From contig JBFWLW010000001.1 in NCBI GenBank assembly GCA_050251945.1, positions 448,001 through 512,000 on the forward strand: a DNA stretch of 64,000 nt. The letters are read 5' to 3'. A program made the translations under genes and the position numbers. The first letter of the stretch is position 1. Each line of letters starts with the position of its first letter. Shown here in pieces: positions 19,160-29,352 of this stretch. The notes under the pieces are model-generated. The model worked only from the letters and a program-made list of their open reading frames with translations. It was not told the origin of the DNA and ran no database searches. This DNA comes from Deferribacterales bacterium. Its GTDB lineage: Bacteria > Chrysiogenota > Deferribacteres > Deferribacterales > Geovibrionaceae.

Positions 19160-20103
19160 GCTTTCTGATACCTGATATCTTCATTCAGCTTATCCTTTAT
19201 TCAGTTCTGATTTTTTTCCTTTGCATCAGTCTCGTCGTCAGCGTCAGGGTCATACTGCGCTGGGATTTCTCCGGTACGTCAGAGATGCAGTACGCTCTGG
19301 AAAAGCAGACCTATCTGGTTTCCGTGCTTATGAAATATATGTTCGCAGTAAATATTCCCATGTTTCTGGTGTTCATATACGCAAACGATAAGCTTTCGGC
19401 GTATCTCACCGGCGCAATGTGCGCCGCAGGGGTATTAAACGCGACAATATACGGAAAATATCTGATAATTCTAAAAATAATCAATTTATATCTGTCTGTG
19501 GCGTGGCTCACGGTCAACCGCTTCGATCTGAAAAATGAAACCCTGCCGTTTACATACGTTAAATTCAGTATAATACCGCTGTTTTTTGTTTCATTTATAG
19601 CAGAAGCCATACTTTTTATTCTTCATTTTGCTTCAATCGACCCGACAGTTCCGGTGAGCTGCTGTAACGTCATCTTTGCCGACAACACATCCATATTCAG
19701 AACTTTCATATCGGATAACGCTGTATATCTGTTCGCTGGCTCGTTTGCGCTTACGGTTCTCACCTGTAAGCGCCCCGTTCTGTACGGTGCGGTAAATGTT
19801 CTTTTCGCAGTGTCGGGAATCGCCGTACTGATTTATAAAGTCTCACCCTATATATATGAACTGCCGACCCACCAATGCCCTTTCTGTATACTGCAAAGCG
19901 GTTATGGATACGTCGGTTACGCTTTTTATATAACGCTCTTTACAGGTACTGCGCTTGGGATATCGGCAGGTTTCCAAACACTGATAAGCAGAATTCCTCC
20001 CAAAAAAATGTTCCGATACAGCATGGTGTTAAATATCGCATATCTTCTTTTGTGCGTGTGGTTTCCACTAAGTTATTTTCTTACAAACAAAACATGGCTC
20101 TGA
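19156..20103 (+). CDS. Cys-rich polytopic membrane protein, function unknown
   Basis: About 8 hydrophobic segments with GAMCAAG, VSCC and YELPTHQCPFC motifs. Confidence 0.75.
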   Translation: MSFLIPDIFIQLILYSVLIFFLCISLVVSVRVILRWDFSGTSEMQYALEKQTYLVSVLMKYMFAVNIPMFLVFIYANDKLSAYLTGAMCAAGVLNATIYGKYLIILKIINLYLSVAWLTVNRFDLKNETLPFTYVKFSIIPLFFVSFIAEAILFILHFASIDPTVPVSCCNVIFADNTSIFRTFISDNAVYLFAGSFALTVLTCKRPVLYGAVNVLFAVSGIAVLIYKVSPYIYELPTHQCPFCILQSGYGYVGYAFYITLFTGTALGISAGFQTLISRIPPKKMFRYSMVLNIAYLLLCVWFPLSYFLTNKTWL

Positions 20104-20175
20104 ACATCTGCGCCTATTGACACTTATGATGAACGGGACAATCTTAATCTTATATTTCATTAAGTGAGGGAATCT

Positions 20176-20790
20176 ATGAAAAATGTCGTTTATGTTGTAT
20201 TTCACAGTTTTTACGGACACATCTGGCAGATGGCAAAAGCGGTGGCAGAAGGAGCCGCAGCAGTTGACAACACAGAGGTGAAACTTTTCAGAGTTCCTGA
20301 AACTGTGGATGAAGAATCACTGAAAAAAGCAGGCGCATATGAGGCTCAGAAAGCGTTTGCGGACATTCCCGTCATAGAACCGGCACAGCTTGGCGACGCG
20401 GATGCGGTAATCTTCGGCACACCCACAAGATTCGGCAACATGAGCAGCCAGATGCGATCTTTTTTTGACAGAACCGGAGGTCTTTGGGCAAAAGGCGGAC
20501 TCATCGGGAAGGTAGGCAGTGTTTTCACATCCACAGGCACACAGCACGGCGGACAGGAAACAACAATAACCAGCTTCCACACCACCCTTCTTCACCACGG
20601 TATGGTCATTGTGGGGGTTCCTTTCAGTCACAGCGGTCTTTCTGTTATATCGGAGGTGTCCGGCGGCACACCCTACGGTGCATCAACTATAGCAGGAGGA
20701 GACGGAAGCAGAATGCCGTCGGCAAACGAGCTTGCTGTTGCAAAATTTCAGGGTGAGCATGTGGCAAAGATATCAGCGAAACTTAAATAA
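20176..20790 (+). CDS. wrbA: NAD(P)H:quinone oxidoreductase type IV
   Basis: [33 protein letters not shown]. Confidence 0.93.
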   Translation: MKNVVYVVFHSFYGHIWQMAKAVAEGAAAVDNTEVKLFRVPETVDEESLKKAGAYEAQKAFADIPVIEPAQLGDADAVIFGTPTRFGNMSSQMRSFFDRTGGLWAKGGLIGKVGSVFTSTGTQHGGQETTITSFHTTLLHHGMVIVGVPFSHSGLSVISEVSGGTPYGASTIAGGDGSRMPSANELAVAKFQGEHVAKISAKLK

Positions 20791-20815
20791 ACAGAAAAGG
20801 CGGGGAAACCCGCCT

Positions 20816-20957
20816 CGGGTTATTGACAAACTGGTTAAAAGTTAATGAGATTGCCGCGTCAGCCTACAGCTTCCCCGCAATGACAGCAATTTACGTCTTC
20901 GCGAGGAACACATGCGACGACGCGATCTCGCATTTTTCTGACTTTGTCATCAGTATG
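20816..20957. mobile_element. 142-bp MITE (IS1182-like ends) carrying REP doublet copy C, with 18-bp target duplication
   Basis: Ends CGGGTTATTGACAAA / TTTGTCATCAGTATG; AGGCGGGGAAACCCGCCT at both 20798-20815 and 20958-20975; near-identical inverted copy at 32730-32871. Confidence 0.85.
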
Positions 20958-20978
20958 AGGCGGGGAAACCCGCCTATT

Positions 20979-21560
20979 TTATATCAATCCTGTGTTATAA
21001 GCAAACTGAACAAGTGATGCCGAATTTGCAATATTCAGCTTCTGGAGCATTTTATTCCGGTGAGTGTCAACAGTATTCTTGCTTATGCAAAGCTGTTCGG
21101 CTATTTCTTTACTTGTTTTTCCCAGAGCGATAAGCCTTAAGACTTCACACTCCCTGTTGGTAAGTATGCCGCTGTAATTCTCCGGTATCAGTCCGTTAAG
21201 ACCTGTCAGTATCTTTTCAATTCCGCATTTTATAGCGTCCGATTCATCTTCGGCATAAACAAAATGGCATATTCCCAAAACAGAATTATAATAATTGACA
21301 TGCTTATTCTCGCGCGTTGTATGAAGAATAATTCTTTCCGGGGAATAATTTATAACAAGTGAATCGAGAAGATCACTTCCGTAGTTTCTTGAGTAAATAT
21401 CTGCAATCACGAAATCCGGTTTTTTGCTTTTCAGGCTTTCATGAAGTTCATGCGGGTTCGCAACAGTATACACTTCTTTGACAGACTTCAGCTCCTGAAG
21501 CATTTTTGCCATTGATTCGCGTATCAGCGTTCCTCGACTGTATATGAGAACACAAGCCAT
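20979..21560 (-). CDS. LuxR/NarL-family regulator with degenerate receiver domain
   Basis: LTNRECEVLRLIALGKTSKEIAEQLCISKNTVDTHR HTH; the N-terminus lacks the acidic pair. Confidence 0.85.
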   Translation of the reverse strand: MACVLIYSRGTLIRESMAKMLQELKSVKEVYTVANPHELHESLKSKKPDFVIADIYSRNYGSDLLDSLVINYSPERIILHTTRENKHVNYYNSVLGICHFVYAEDESDAIKCGIEKILTGLNGLIPENYSGILTNRECEVLRLIALGKTSKEIAEQLCISKNTVDTHRNKMLQKLNIANSASLVQFAYNTGLI

Positions 21561-21910
21561 TATTACTGCACCTTATAATTAAACACAGCGAAACTTTACT
21601 TCTATTAAACCTAATTGTAAATACTGTGATTTATGTATTTTACTGATTCCAATAGCCTTTCAAGAAAACAACGGTAAAAAAAGAAATATCATAAATTCAC
21701 GTAATAAAAACTATTAGATATTTCTTAATAATTAGCACATTAACTTCTTAACCTTAAAGATATTATAATACTACATATTCAAAGCGAACTTTGTTAAGCT
21801 CGTATAAAATCATTTTCACACATACACATAATGCAATATCTAGATTAATTCTCAATGAAAAATACTTATCCTTTATGCATAAATAAAACAACTAATACAC
21901 TTTAAAAAAC

Positions 21911-22690
21911 TTAAAATTTCCCTTCATTCCTGATGATGGTCAGAAGCTCTTCACAAACGTTCTCTGATGCACATAAAATAAATCTTTCATAAAGATCCAT
22001 GACACCGGAACCGTCCATCCCTGTCACTCTGCATCCTGCCTCTGATGCGATAACAGCACCGCCTGCTATGTCCCACGGACTAAGATTAAACTCGTAATAA
22101 CCGTCGAAGACACCTTTTGCAGTGTAACAAAGATCCAGAGCGGCGGAACCTGCACGCCTTATACCCTGTGTGTTTTTTAAAACACACCCCAATATTTCTA
22201 ATATATTATTCTCTTTCCCTTCTGCAATACTATATGGGAATCCTGTCGCAATAAGACAGTCTATAGCCTTTTCTTTCATGGATGAGCGGATCTTTCCACC
22301 GTTCAGAAACGCACCGCAGCCCTTTTCGGCAATGAACATTTCGTTTATCACGGGATTATATACAACACCGTACAGTCCCTCGTTTTCGTTATATACGCCC
22401 ACAGAGATGCAGCAGAAAGGGAAGCCGTGGACAAAGTTTGTGGTTCCGTCTATAGGGTCAATGTAGACCGCCTTTTTTCTCTGCGCTCTTTCTTTATGTG
22501 TCTCTTCCGCAACGAAGTCATATTCTCCGGACATGAACGACAATTCATTCAGAAGGATATTCTCAACCTCAACATCATATTGCGTAACGAGGTCTATTTT
22601 GCCTTTATGGGAAACCTGTTTTGTGCTGTTGAAACCTTTCAGCAGGTGTTCACCCGCTTTTAAAACAGCTTTTTCAATCTTTGAAAGCAT
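21911..22690 (-). CDS. suhB: inositol monophosphatase family protein
   Basis: DLVT, AEE, IDPIDGTTNFVHG, RRAGSAALDL, WDIAGG. Confidence 0.88.
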   Translation of the reverse strand: MLSKIEKAVLKAGEHLLKGFNSTKQVSHKGKIDLVTQYDVEVENILLNELSFMSGEYDFVAEETHKERAQRKKAVYIDPIDGTTNFVHGFPFCCISVGVYNENEGLYGVVYNPVINEMFIAEKGCGAFLNGGKIRSSMKEKAIDCLIATGFPYSIAEGKENNILEILGCVLKNTQGIRRAGSAALDLCYTAKGVFDGYYEFNLSPWDIAGGAVIASEAGCRVTGMDGSGVMDLYERFILCASENVCEELLTIIRNEGKF

Positions 22691-22755
22691 TTGATTTTCT
22701 CTCAATTATTTTATATATTCATTCTGCTTATTGCAGCCATCGGGAGAAATTATAC

Positions 22756-23823
22756 ATGACTAATACTGAAAAGTACATAGACTTGAATTCCATCAGCTTT
22801 GACATATCGGTGGAACAGTGTTTTGAAAATCTTAGACCCCACCCCAAATTCTCGTCATGTACTTTTGTAAATTACATCCCCGATGAAAACTATCCCTCGC
22901 AGTCGCAGATAAAATCACTGCTTTGCAATACGCTGGACAGCATGAAACATTACTCCCCTGCGAAACAGGTGCAGGGAAAGCAGTTGTTCGGGTTTCTAAG
23001 AAGCAAAAAAACGTCAGACGATTCTCATAAACCCAATAACATATACATAGACGGAAGCTACGGCATAGGTAAAACGCATCTTCTGAGTTCATGCTACAAC
23101 ATATGCGAGCGCGGAACAAAAGCGTTCATGAGCTTCGGCGAAATGAATTATTTCTTTCACTATCTGGGCGTCGAAAAATGCATTGAACACTTTTCAGGAC
23201 TCAGCCTGCTGCTCATTGATGAATTTGAACTTGACGACCCAGCCATGACCCATATCATGGCGAAATTCTTCCGCGAAATAAACAAAAATACCCTGATAAT
23301 CACAACTTCAAACACACTTCCCAACGAACTTGGCAAACTGCGCTTTCAAACGGATAATTTCACAAAACAATTGGGAGAGATAGCAGAAAGCTTTGAAACC
23401 ATCATAGTGGAGGGAGAAGACTACCGAAAACGCAATAAAATATGGATGAAAAATGTTTCAGAAGACAGTTTTCTCGATACTTTCGCTATGTATACGCCTG
23501 AAATGAAGGCAAAATCAAAAATAGGCTTTGAAAATCTGATAAAACTTTTGGAATCCATCCACCCGTTCCGCTACTTCGTTATTCCGGAAACGGTTGAAGC
23601 TGTCTTCATAGACGGTCTGACGCCTTTTCCCAACCTGAACAATGCACTCAGATTTAACCAGCTTATAGACCATTGCTATTACTACAATACTAAGCTCTTC
23701 ATACGCAGTGCGCACCAGCTTTCCGACATTTTTCCGCCGGAACTGATAGAGTCAAGTTTTCAGAAAAAACTGCTGAGATGCCTTTCAAGGCTGGATGAAC
23801 TGGCGGTATTTTTTAAAAGCTAA
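22756..23823 (+). CDS. zapE: AFG1/ZapE-family ATPase
   Basis: GSYGIGKTHL, IDEFELDDP, TTSNTLP, GEDYR, RCLSRL. Confidence 0.8.
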   Translation: MTNTEKYIDLNSISFDISVEQCFENLRPHPKFSSCTFVNYIPDENYPSQSQIKSLLCNTLDSMKHYSPAKQVQGKQLFGFLRSKKTSDDSHKPNNIYIDGSYGIGKTHLLSSCYNICERGTKAFMSFGEMNYFFHYLGVEKCIEHFSGLSLLLIDEFELDDPAMTHIMAKFFREINKNTLIITTSNTLPNELGKLRFQTDNFTKQLGEIAESFETIIVEGEDYRKRNKIWMKNVSEDSFLDTFAMYTPEMKAKSKIGFENLIKLLESIHPFRYFVIPETVEAVFIDGLTPFPNLNNALRFNQLIDHCYYYNTKLFIRSAHQLSDIFPPELIESSFQKKLLRCLSRLDELAVFFKS

Positions 23824-24410
23824 GCGTTCTTTATAGCATCCGTCAGTTGTTCAATTTTCAGATGAGCATTAAGGACAAGTGCCGTTCTGCTGTCCAAGGT
23901 AACGGCGGCATGTGGAATCTTTGAGTTGAAAGCGATTGAGTCGCCCTCATTCAGTTCAAGGTTTTCGTTGCCGACCTTCATTCTGATTCCGCCCTGAACA
24001 ACGTACATATATTCGTAACCTTCGTGGCTGAACATTTTCTCGTCCATCTTCTCAGGTTTAATGGTTACCAGAAGCCAGTCCATATAGTCAAAGGACTTTA
24101 TTTTGGCAAGCTCCTCATACATATAGCCGTGCTTAACACCTTCTCTGTAAATGAATTTCTTCTCATCGTTGCGCACAACGAAGAAATCGCTCTGATTGAT
24201 CTCTTCTTCAAAGAAGTAGGTCATTTTGACATTCAGCACTTTTGCTATTTTTCCGAGAGTGTTGATGGGAGGCATGACGATATTGTTTTCTATCTGGGAG
24301 ATAAGAGCCTTTGAAAAACCTGTGAAATTAGCTACATCCTGAAGGGTTAAGCCTCTCTCATTACGAATTTTTCTGACCCTCTCACCTATTTTGATCTCAA
24401 TAGCTTCCAT
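23820..24410 (-). CDS. XRE-HTH/cupin transcriptional regulator
   Basis: IGERVRKIR..SKALISQIE HTH, HEGYE..EGDS..PH cupin. Confidence 0.9.
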   Translation of the reverse strand: MEAIEIKIGERVRKIRNERGLTLQDVANFTGFSKALISQIENNIVMPPINTLGKIAKVLNVKMTYFFEEEINQSDFFVVRNDEKKFIYREGVKHGYMYEELAKIKSFDYMDWLLVTIKPEKMDEKMFSHEGYEYMYVVQGGIRMKVGNENLELNEGDSIAFNSKIPHAAVTLDSRTALVLNAHLKIEQLTDAIKNA

Positions 24411-24472
24411 ATCGCCCCCGATCCAACGCTTGTGTTAAGTATTACTGAATAATGTTTGATTGTCAACGGGAA

Positions 24473-26749
24473 TTAAAGATCGACGACTGTTACGGCCTGC
24501 CCACCCTCTTCGTTTGACGCGGTTTTGTATGCTCTGACACGCGGGTCGCTGCGCAGAAATTCCTGAATACCGCTTCTGAGCTGTCCTGTGCCTCTTCCGT
24601 GAACTACATAAAGCCTGTTCAATCCGCCAAGAACTGATTCGTCAAGGGTTTTATCAAGTATATCAAGGGCTTCCTCAACACGCTTACCGACGAGAAGAAG
24701 CTCGTGTTTTACAGAAGGAGCGATGCTCTTAGACACCAGAACGTCTTTCACTCTGTCTTTATTGTCCATTTTTTTACCGATAAGCTCTTTCAGTTTAATA
24801 GATATTTTCAGTCCTCCGATATCCATCCGCGCTGAATCGCCTTCAACAGACAGAACCTTACCGGATTTATCATATTTTTCAAGCCAGACGACATCACCGA
24901 CTTTTACGTTTTCGACAGGTTTTATCTCTTTCTTAACCTTGCCGAGCTTGGTTTCAGCTTTTTTGATATCCTCTTCGACCGTTTCTTTCATTTTGTGCGG
25001 CTTTTCAGCATATTTTTTTGCTCTGTGGTAGAGTCTCAGTGCCTCTTCAAGGAGTTCGGATTCTTTTTTTGCCAGTTTTTCATTGAGTTCCTGTTCGCGA
25101 AGCTCAATAAATTCCTCTTTTTCCTTAAGCTGTGCCTGTAAAAGTTCAAGATCCTTGGTTTTTCCGGCTATCTCCGCCTGCATACGGCTAATCTCCTCGA
25201 CAGAGACCTCCGCATCGCTCTTGTGCTGTTCTATGATAGCTGTTGCCGTTTCTATCACATCGACGGGAAATTTCAGACGTTTTGCTATTACAAGAGGGTC
25301 AGATTTACCAGAAACCCCCTTCAACAGCCTGTATCTTGGTGAAAAATCCGTATAATCGAAATCCACGGCATAGATAACGGAGTTATCTTCTGTCAGCGCG
25401 TGTGTTTTAAGCTCCGTAAAGTGGGTTGTAACGACCGCTTTCGCTTTTTTTGCCGCGAGTTTACGGCATACGGCGACGGCAAGCGCCGCGCCCTCTCTGG
25501 GTTCTGTACCTGTTCCGGCTTCGTCCAGAAGCACAAGGCTCAGACTGTCGGCGGTTTTCAGTATATCTCTGATGTTGACCATATGCGCCGAAAAAGTGGA
25601 AAGATCCATCACCAGCGACTGATTGTCGCCTATATCTGCAAGAATATGGTTAAAATTTACGATTTCGGCGTATTTTCCGAACAGCGGAAGTCCGCATTTG
25701 CCAAGAATATGGTTCAGTCCTATAGATTTCAGCGCCGCAGTTTTACCGCCCGTATTGGGTCCGGTAATAACGGCTGTAACTTCGTTCCCGTTCATCTCAA
25801 AATCCAGCGGAACTGATTCTTTCCCTTTTTCCAGAAAGATTATCGGGTGATGAACGTCCCTGAACACAACGGAATCGGAAAACTCAGGGAACACGAAATC
25901 TTTATTTTTATAGAATTTAGCCGTCTCAAGATGGAAAACGACCTCGGTGTATGCAGCTATTGTATTCTGTATGCGCGGATATGCCTCGAAAATGCTGTCG
26001 GCTATCTCTTTAAGCAGCCTGACCGTCTCTTCGCGTTCCTGCGCCAGACATTCCTGAATAGCGTTGTTAAGCCCAACGGTTGAGGAAGGCTCAACAAAAA
26101 ACGTCTGTCCGCTTGCAGAGCGGTCATGGACGATGCCCTGCATATATTGTTTAAAATTGGTCTTGCAAGGAATGGTGAAACGCCCGTTTCGCTCAGTTAT
26201 GACCTGTTCCTGTACAAACTTTGACGCTGAACCCATGGCGAAGACGCCTGCAAGTTCACGCTGAACCTGTCTGCGCAGCGATTTAAGTTCGCCGCGAACC
26301 TCGGAAAGCCTGTGAGAAGCGCTGTCCTTCACCTCGCCCATATCGTTCACGGTTTCGTCGATACGGTCTGTGATCTCGGAAAGGGTGGATATTTCGCCAA
26401 GATAAAGCTTAAGATGTTCTGCTTTACGGTCTATCAGCCCTTTTTTGATATCCCTGACCCCCCGGAAGAATCCGGCAAATACCAGAAGTTCGTCAGGTTC
26501 CAGAAACAGAAGCGGATCGTTCAGCTTCGGCATAACGGCGAGAAACTCGTCGTCTTTCGGGATATATACGTCAGAGACCGCGACAACATAATCCAGAGCT
26601 TCGTTAAGCTCGGCTTTATACCGCTCTATCTTGTCCAGAGCGTAATATGGTTTCAGGGCGTTCAGTCTGCCCTTTGCCAGAGCAGAACTGAACCCCTTTT
26701 CCATGTATTGTTTGAAAAGTCCGAATTCTAAAGTGTCTAAATGAATCAT
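24473..26749 (-). CDS. mutS2: endonuclease MutS2
   Basis: ITGPNTGGKT, ADIGDNQS, STFSAH, LDEAGTGT, Smr domain VHGRGTG. Confidence 0.93.
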   Translation of the reverse strand: MIHLDTLEFGLFKQYMEKGFSSALAKGRLNALKPYYALDKIERYKAELNEALDYVVAVSDVYIPKDDEFLAVMPKLNDPLLFLEPDELLVFAGFFRGVRDIKKGLIDRKAEHLKLYLGEISTLSEITDRIDETVNDMGEVKDSASHRLSEVRGELKSLRRQVQRELAGVFAMGSASKFVQEQVITERNGRFTIPCKTNFKQYMQGIVHDRSASGQTFFVEPSSTVGLNNAIQECLAQEREETVRLLKEIADSIFEAYPRIQNTIAAYTEVVFHLETAKFYKNKDFVFPEFSDSVVFRDVHHPIIFLEKGKESVPLDFEMNGNEVTAVITGPNTGGKTAALKSIGLNHILGKCGLPLFGKYAEIVNFNHILADIGDNQSLVMDLSTFSAHMVNIRDILKTADSLSLVLLDEAGTGTEPREGAALAVAVCRKLAAKKAKAVVTTHFTELKTHALTEDNSVIYAVDFDYTDFSPRYRLLKGVSGKSDPLVIAKRLKFPVDVIETATAIIEQHKSDAEVSVEEISRMQAEIAGKTKDLELLQAQLKEKEEFIELREQELNEKLAKKESELLEEALRLYHRAKKYAEKPHKMKETVEEDIKKAETKLGKVKKEIKPVENVKVGDVVWLEKYDKSGKVLSVEGDSARMDIGGLKISIKLKELIGKKMDNKDRVKDVLVSKSIAPSVKHELLLVGKRVEEALDILDKTLDESVLGGLNRLYVVHGRGTGQLRSGIQEFLRSDPRVRAYKTASNEEGGQAVTVVDL

Positions 26750-27444
26750 CAGTTTTTCTGAAAATCTTCCTCAAGAACCCTTGCCTCTTTTTTGGGCGCA
26801 GGTTTGGCGTTTTCGCCTTTTTTGCCGGCATCGTCTGTTTTAGCTTTTGCTGTTTCCTGAGCAGGCTCTTCGGTCTGTTCAACAGCAGCCTTCGCCTTTG
26901 CATCTTCTATCGCCTGCTGAACTGATTCGGCAGACGGAATGTCAAAAGGGTTGTTTTTTTTTGCCTCCGGAATCCTGTTCATAAATTCGTAAACGTCCGG
27001 AGCGAACGCCGCAAGTTTACGGGAGACTGAACCCTCTTTCATACTGGCGAGGATACTGCTGTCCGGTGACAGGGTGGTCATAAGGAAGCTTAAGAACACG
27101 CTGAGTATAGCCGCTGCCTTAAGCCCGCCGAAGATGGCGCCGACACCCTGATTCATCCAGCCGAGTTTGACCTCTTTAAAAAGTCTGGACAGTATGGTGC
27201 CGATGAATATCATCACGCCGTATGCGACGAAGAATGCAACTATGTAGCCCAGCGCCTGAGTTGTTCTCTCGGACATGCCGAAGACCTTAAGCTGCTGTGC
27301 AAACACAGGCGAATAAAGATAAGCCGTCAGAAAGCCCGCTATGAGGGCTATCATGCCGAATATCTCCATCACGATACCTTTTATGTAGCCCTTAAAAGCT
27401 ACGATACCGATTATAACGAGGACAATTACATCAATTATTCCCAT
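26749..27444 (-). CDS. cvpA: CvpA (colicin V production) family membrane protein
   Basis: KGYIKGIVMEI, four TM helices, GAIFGGLK; located beside mutS2. Confidence 0.85.
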   Translation of the reverse strand: MGIIDVIVLVIIGIVAFKGYIKGIVMEIFGMIALIAGFLTAYLYSPVFAQQLKVFGMSERTTQALGYIVAFFVAYGVMIFIGTILSRLFKEVKLGWMNQGVGAIFGGLKAAAILSVFLSFLMTTLSPDSSILASMKEGSVSRKLAAFAPDVYEFMNRIPEAKKNNPFDIPSAESVQQAIEDAKAKAAVEQTEEPAQETAKAKTDDAGKKGENAKPAPKKEARVLEEDFQKN

Positions 27445-27883
27445 CAAATGCATCCTTAACAAGCTGATTGACGATCTTGCCGTCAGCCTTGCCCGCGGTT
27501 TTTGCCATTACTGCCTGCATAACCTTTCCGAAATTCTTTTTATCGGATGTATCAACACCCTCGCATGCCGCCTTAACAACGGCTTTGATCTCATCTTCGC
27601 TCATCTGTTCGGGCATATATCCGGCGAGGAATTTTGCCTCTGCAAGTTCTTTATCGGCAAGGTCTTCTCTTCCGGCAGCCTTATACTGGTCTGCGGCATC
27701 CCTGCGTCTTTTCATGGCAGAAGCGATAACCTTCTGAACTCCGGCATCGTCAAGCTCTGCTTTCGCGTCTATCTCAGTGTTCTTTATCTCCGCACGGAGC
27801 ATACGCACAGTATCCAGAGCAAGCTGATTTTTCTCCTTCATGAACGTTTTCATATCTTCCGTGATTCTTTCTTTAAGTGACAT
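27431..27883 (-). CDS. GatB/YqeY domain protein
   Basis: MSLKERITEDMK, GREDLADKE, YMPEQMSE, GKVM, GKADGK. Confidence 0.9.
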   Translation of the reverse strand: MSLKERITEDMKTFMKEKNQLALDTVRMLRAEIKNTEIDAKAELDDAGVQKVIASAMKRRRDAADQYKAAGREDLADKELAEAKFLAGYMPEQMSEDEIKAVVKAACEGVDTSDKKNFGKVMQAVMAKTAGKADGKIVNQLVKDAFDGNN

Positions 27884-28380
27884 CAGTGATTCTCCTTACC
27901 AACCAGCCGCGCAAGGATATAAAGCCCGTCCGACAGCCTGTTGATATATTTTATAACAGCGGCATCTACATTAGCACATGCGGAAAGACTTATCAATCGT
28001 CTTTCAAAACGACGGCAAACCGTGCGGCATATGTCCGCCTTAGCCGCTCTTATATTTTCGGATGGAATGATAAAACCTTTAAGATTAAGCTGTTTTTCAT
28101 TATCGGATATAAATTTTTCCAGAAACTCAAGCGCACCGTCGGGAAGATGAAATTTCACGCCGGAAGTTTCGGCGCAGTGCGAATTTACGATAAAGATGTT
28201 CTTCTGGAAATGCTCAATAAGCTCTTTATGCTCAGGCAGAATAAATTTCAGCTCGCCAAGGTTGCTGACAAGCTCGTCGCCCGTACCCAGCACCTCAATG
28301 CGGATGTCGTCCTTGTTCACACGCTCGCCGCTGAAAAGTGATGTCTGCCCTTTGTCGCCGCCTTTGGTCGTGACACTCAT
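27883..28380 (-). CDS. PduO-type cob(I)alamin adenosyltransferase
   Basis: TKGGDKGQTSL, GTGDEL, RTVCRRFER, YINRLSD. Confidence 0.9.
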   Translation of the reverse strand: MSVTTKGGDKGQTSLFSGERVNKDDIRIEVLGTGDELVSNLGELKFILPEHKELIEHFQKNIFIVNSHCAETSGVKFHLPDGALEFLEKFISDNEKQLNLKGFIIPSENIRAAKADICRTVCRRFERRLISLSACANVDAAVIKYINRLSDGLYILARLVGKENH

Positions 28381-29342
28381 TAAACGCTCAGCTCCTCTGC
28401 TATCTTTATCATGGTAGCGTCCAGTTCCCGCTTTTTAGTCAGCACTTCCTCAAGGGGAGTGAAAACTATCTCCCGTCCGCCAAGACCTGCCATGACCCCT
28501 GTTCTGCCTTCGATAAGCCCCTTAACGGCGGCAGAACCGAGGCGCGTTGCCAGTGTTCTGTCGAAAACGGATGGTGCGCCGCCGCGTTGCAGGTGACCGA
28601 GAACGGTTATCCGCGTGTCGAACCCGCCGATAAGCTGAAACGCTTTGCCAATGTCATAAGCACTTCCGGCACCCTCTGCAACTATTACGATGCTTCTGGA
28701 TTTACCTTCGATATATCTGACCTTTATCTTGTTGATAATGTTTTCAATGTTATATGCAACCTCAGGGATTACAACAGCCTCCGCACCTGTTGCAATAGCA
28801 GACATCAGGGCGAGGTATCCGCAGTTTCTGCCCATAACCTCTATCAGAAAAGTTCTGTCATGTGAGCTTGCGGTCTCATTTATCATGTCAACGGCGCGGC
28901 AGATTGTGTTCAGCGCAGTGTCAACACCTATGGAGATGCTTGTTCCGTATATGTCGTTGTCTATTGAACCTGGTAGACCTATGACCTTCACGCCGTATTT
29001 GTCGCTCAAAATCCGCGCTCCGGTGAGCGACCCGTCACCGCCTATTACGACAAGCCCTTCGATACCGTGTATCTGGAGCTGCTGAACAGCCGCCTGCTGC
29101 CCCTCGGGAGTTTTGAACTCAAGACATCTTGCACTTTTTAGGAACGTGCCGCCCCTTGAAATCATGTTTGCGACGTCTTTGCTCTCAAGCAGTTTTATTT
29201 TGCCGTCTATCAGTCCTTTGTACCCCTGTTCGATACCGAATACCTCAATACCGTTTGCAATGCCCGTTCGTACAACGCTTCTGATAGCGGCATTCATGCC
29301 CGGGCAGTCGCCCCCGCTGGTCATAACTCCTATTCTGTTCAT
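28380..29342 (-). CDS. pfkA: 6-phosphofructokinase
   Basis: TSGGDCPGMNAAIR, GGDGS, SIDND, EVMGR, LGHLQRGG. Confidence 0.96.
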   Translation of the reverse strand: MNRIGVMTSGGDCPGMNAAIRSVVRTGIANGIEVFGIEQGYKGLIDGKIKLLESKDVANMISRGGTFLKSARCLEFKTPEGQQAAVQQLQIHGIEGLVVIGGDGSLTGARILSDKYGVKVIGLPGSIDNDIYGTSISIGVDTALNTICRAVDMINETASSHDRTFLIEVMGRNCGYLALMSAIATGAEAVVIPEVAYNIENIINKIKVRYIEGKSRSIVIVAEGAGSAYDIGKAFQLIGGFDTRITVLGHLQRGGAPSVFDRTLATRLGSAAVKGLIEGRTGVMAGLGGREIVFTPLEEVLTKKRELDATMIKIAEELSV

Positions 29343-29352
29343 ATGTATTCTC

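Noticed and set aside
20823..21017. Short ORFs 20823..21017 and 32670..32900 with near-identical peptides
   Set aside because: The similarity comes from the duplicated MITE; no SD or coding features
21561..21910. 350-bp very AT-rich intergenic stretch, possible origin or sRNA
   Set aside because: No DnaA-box cluster, stable hairpin or ORF seen; best explained as the LuxR-gene promoter region
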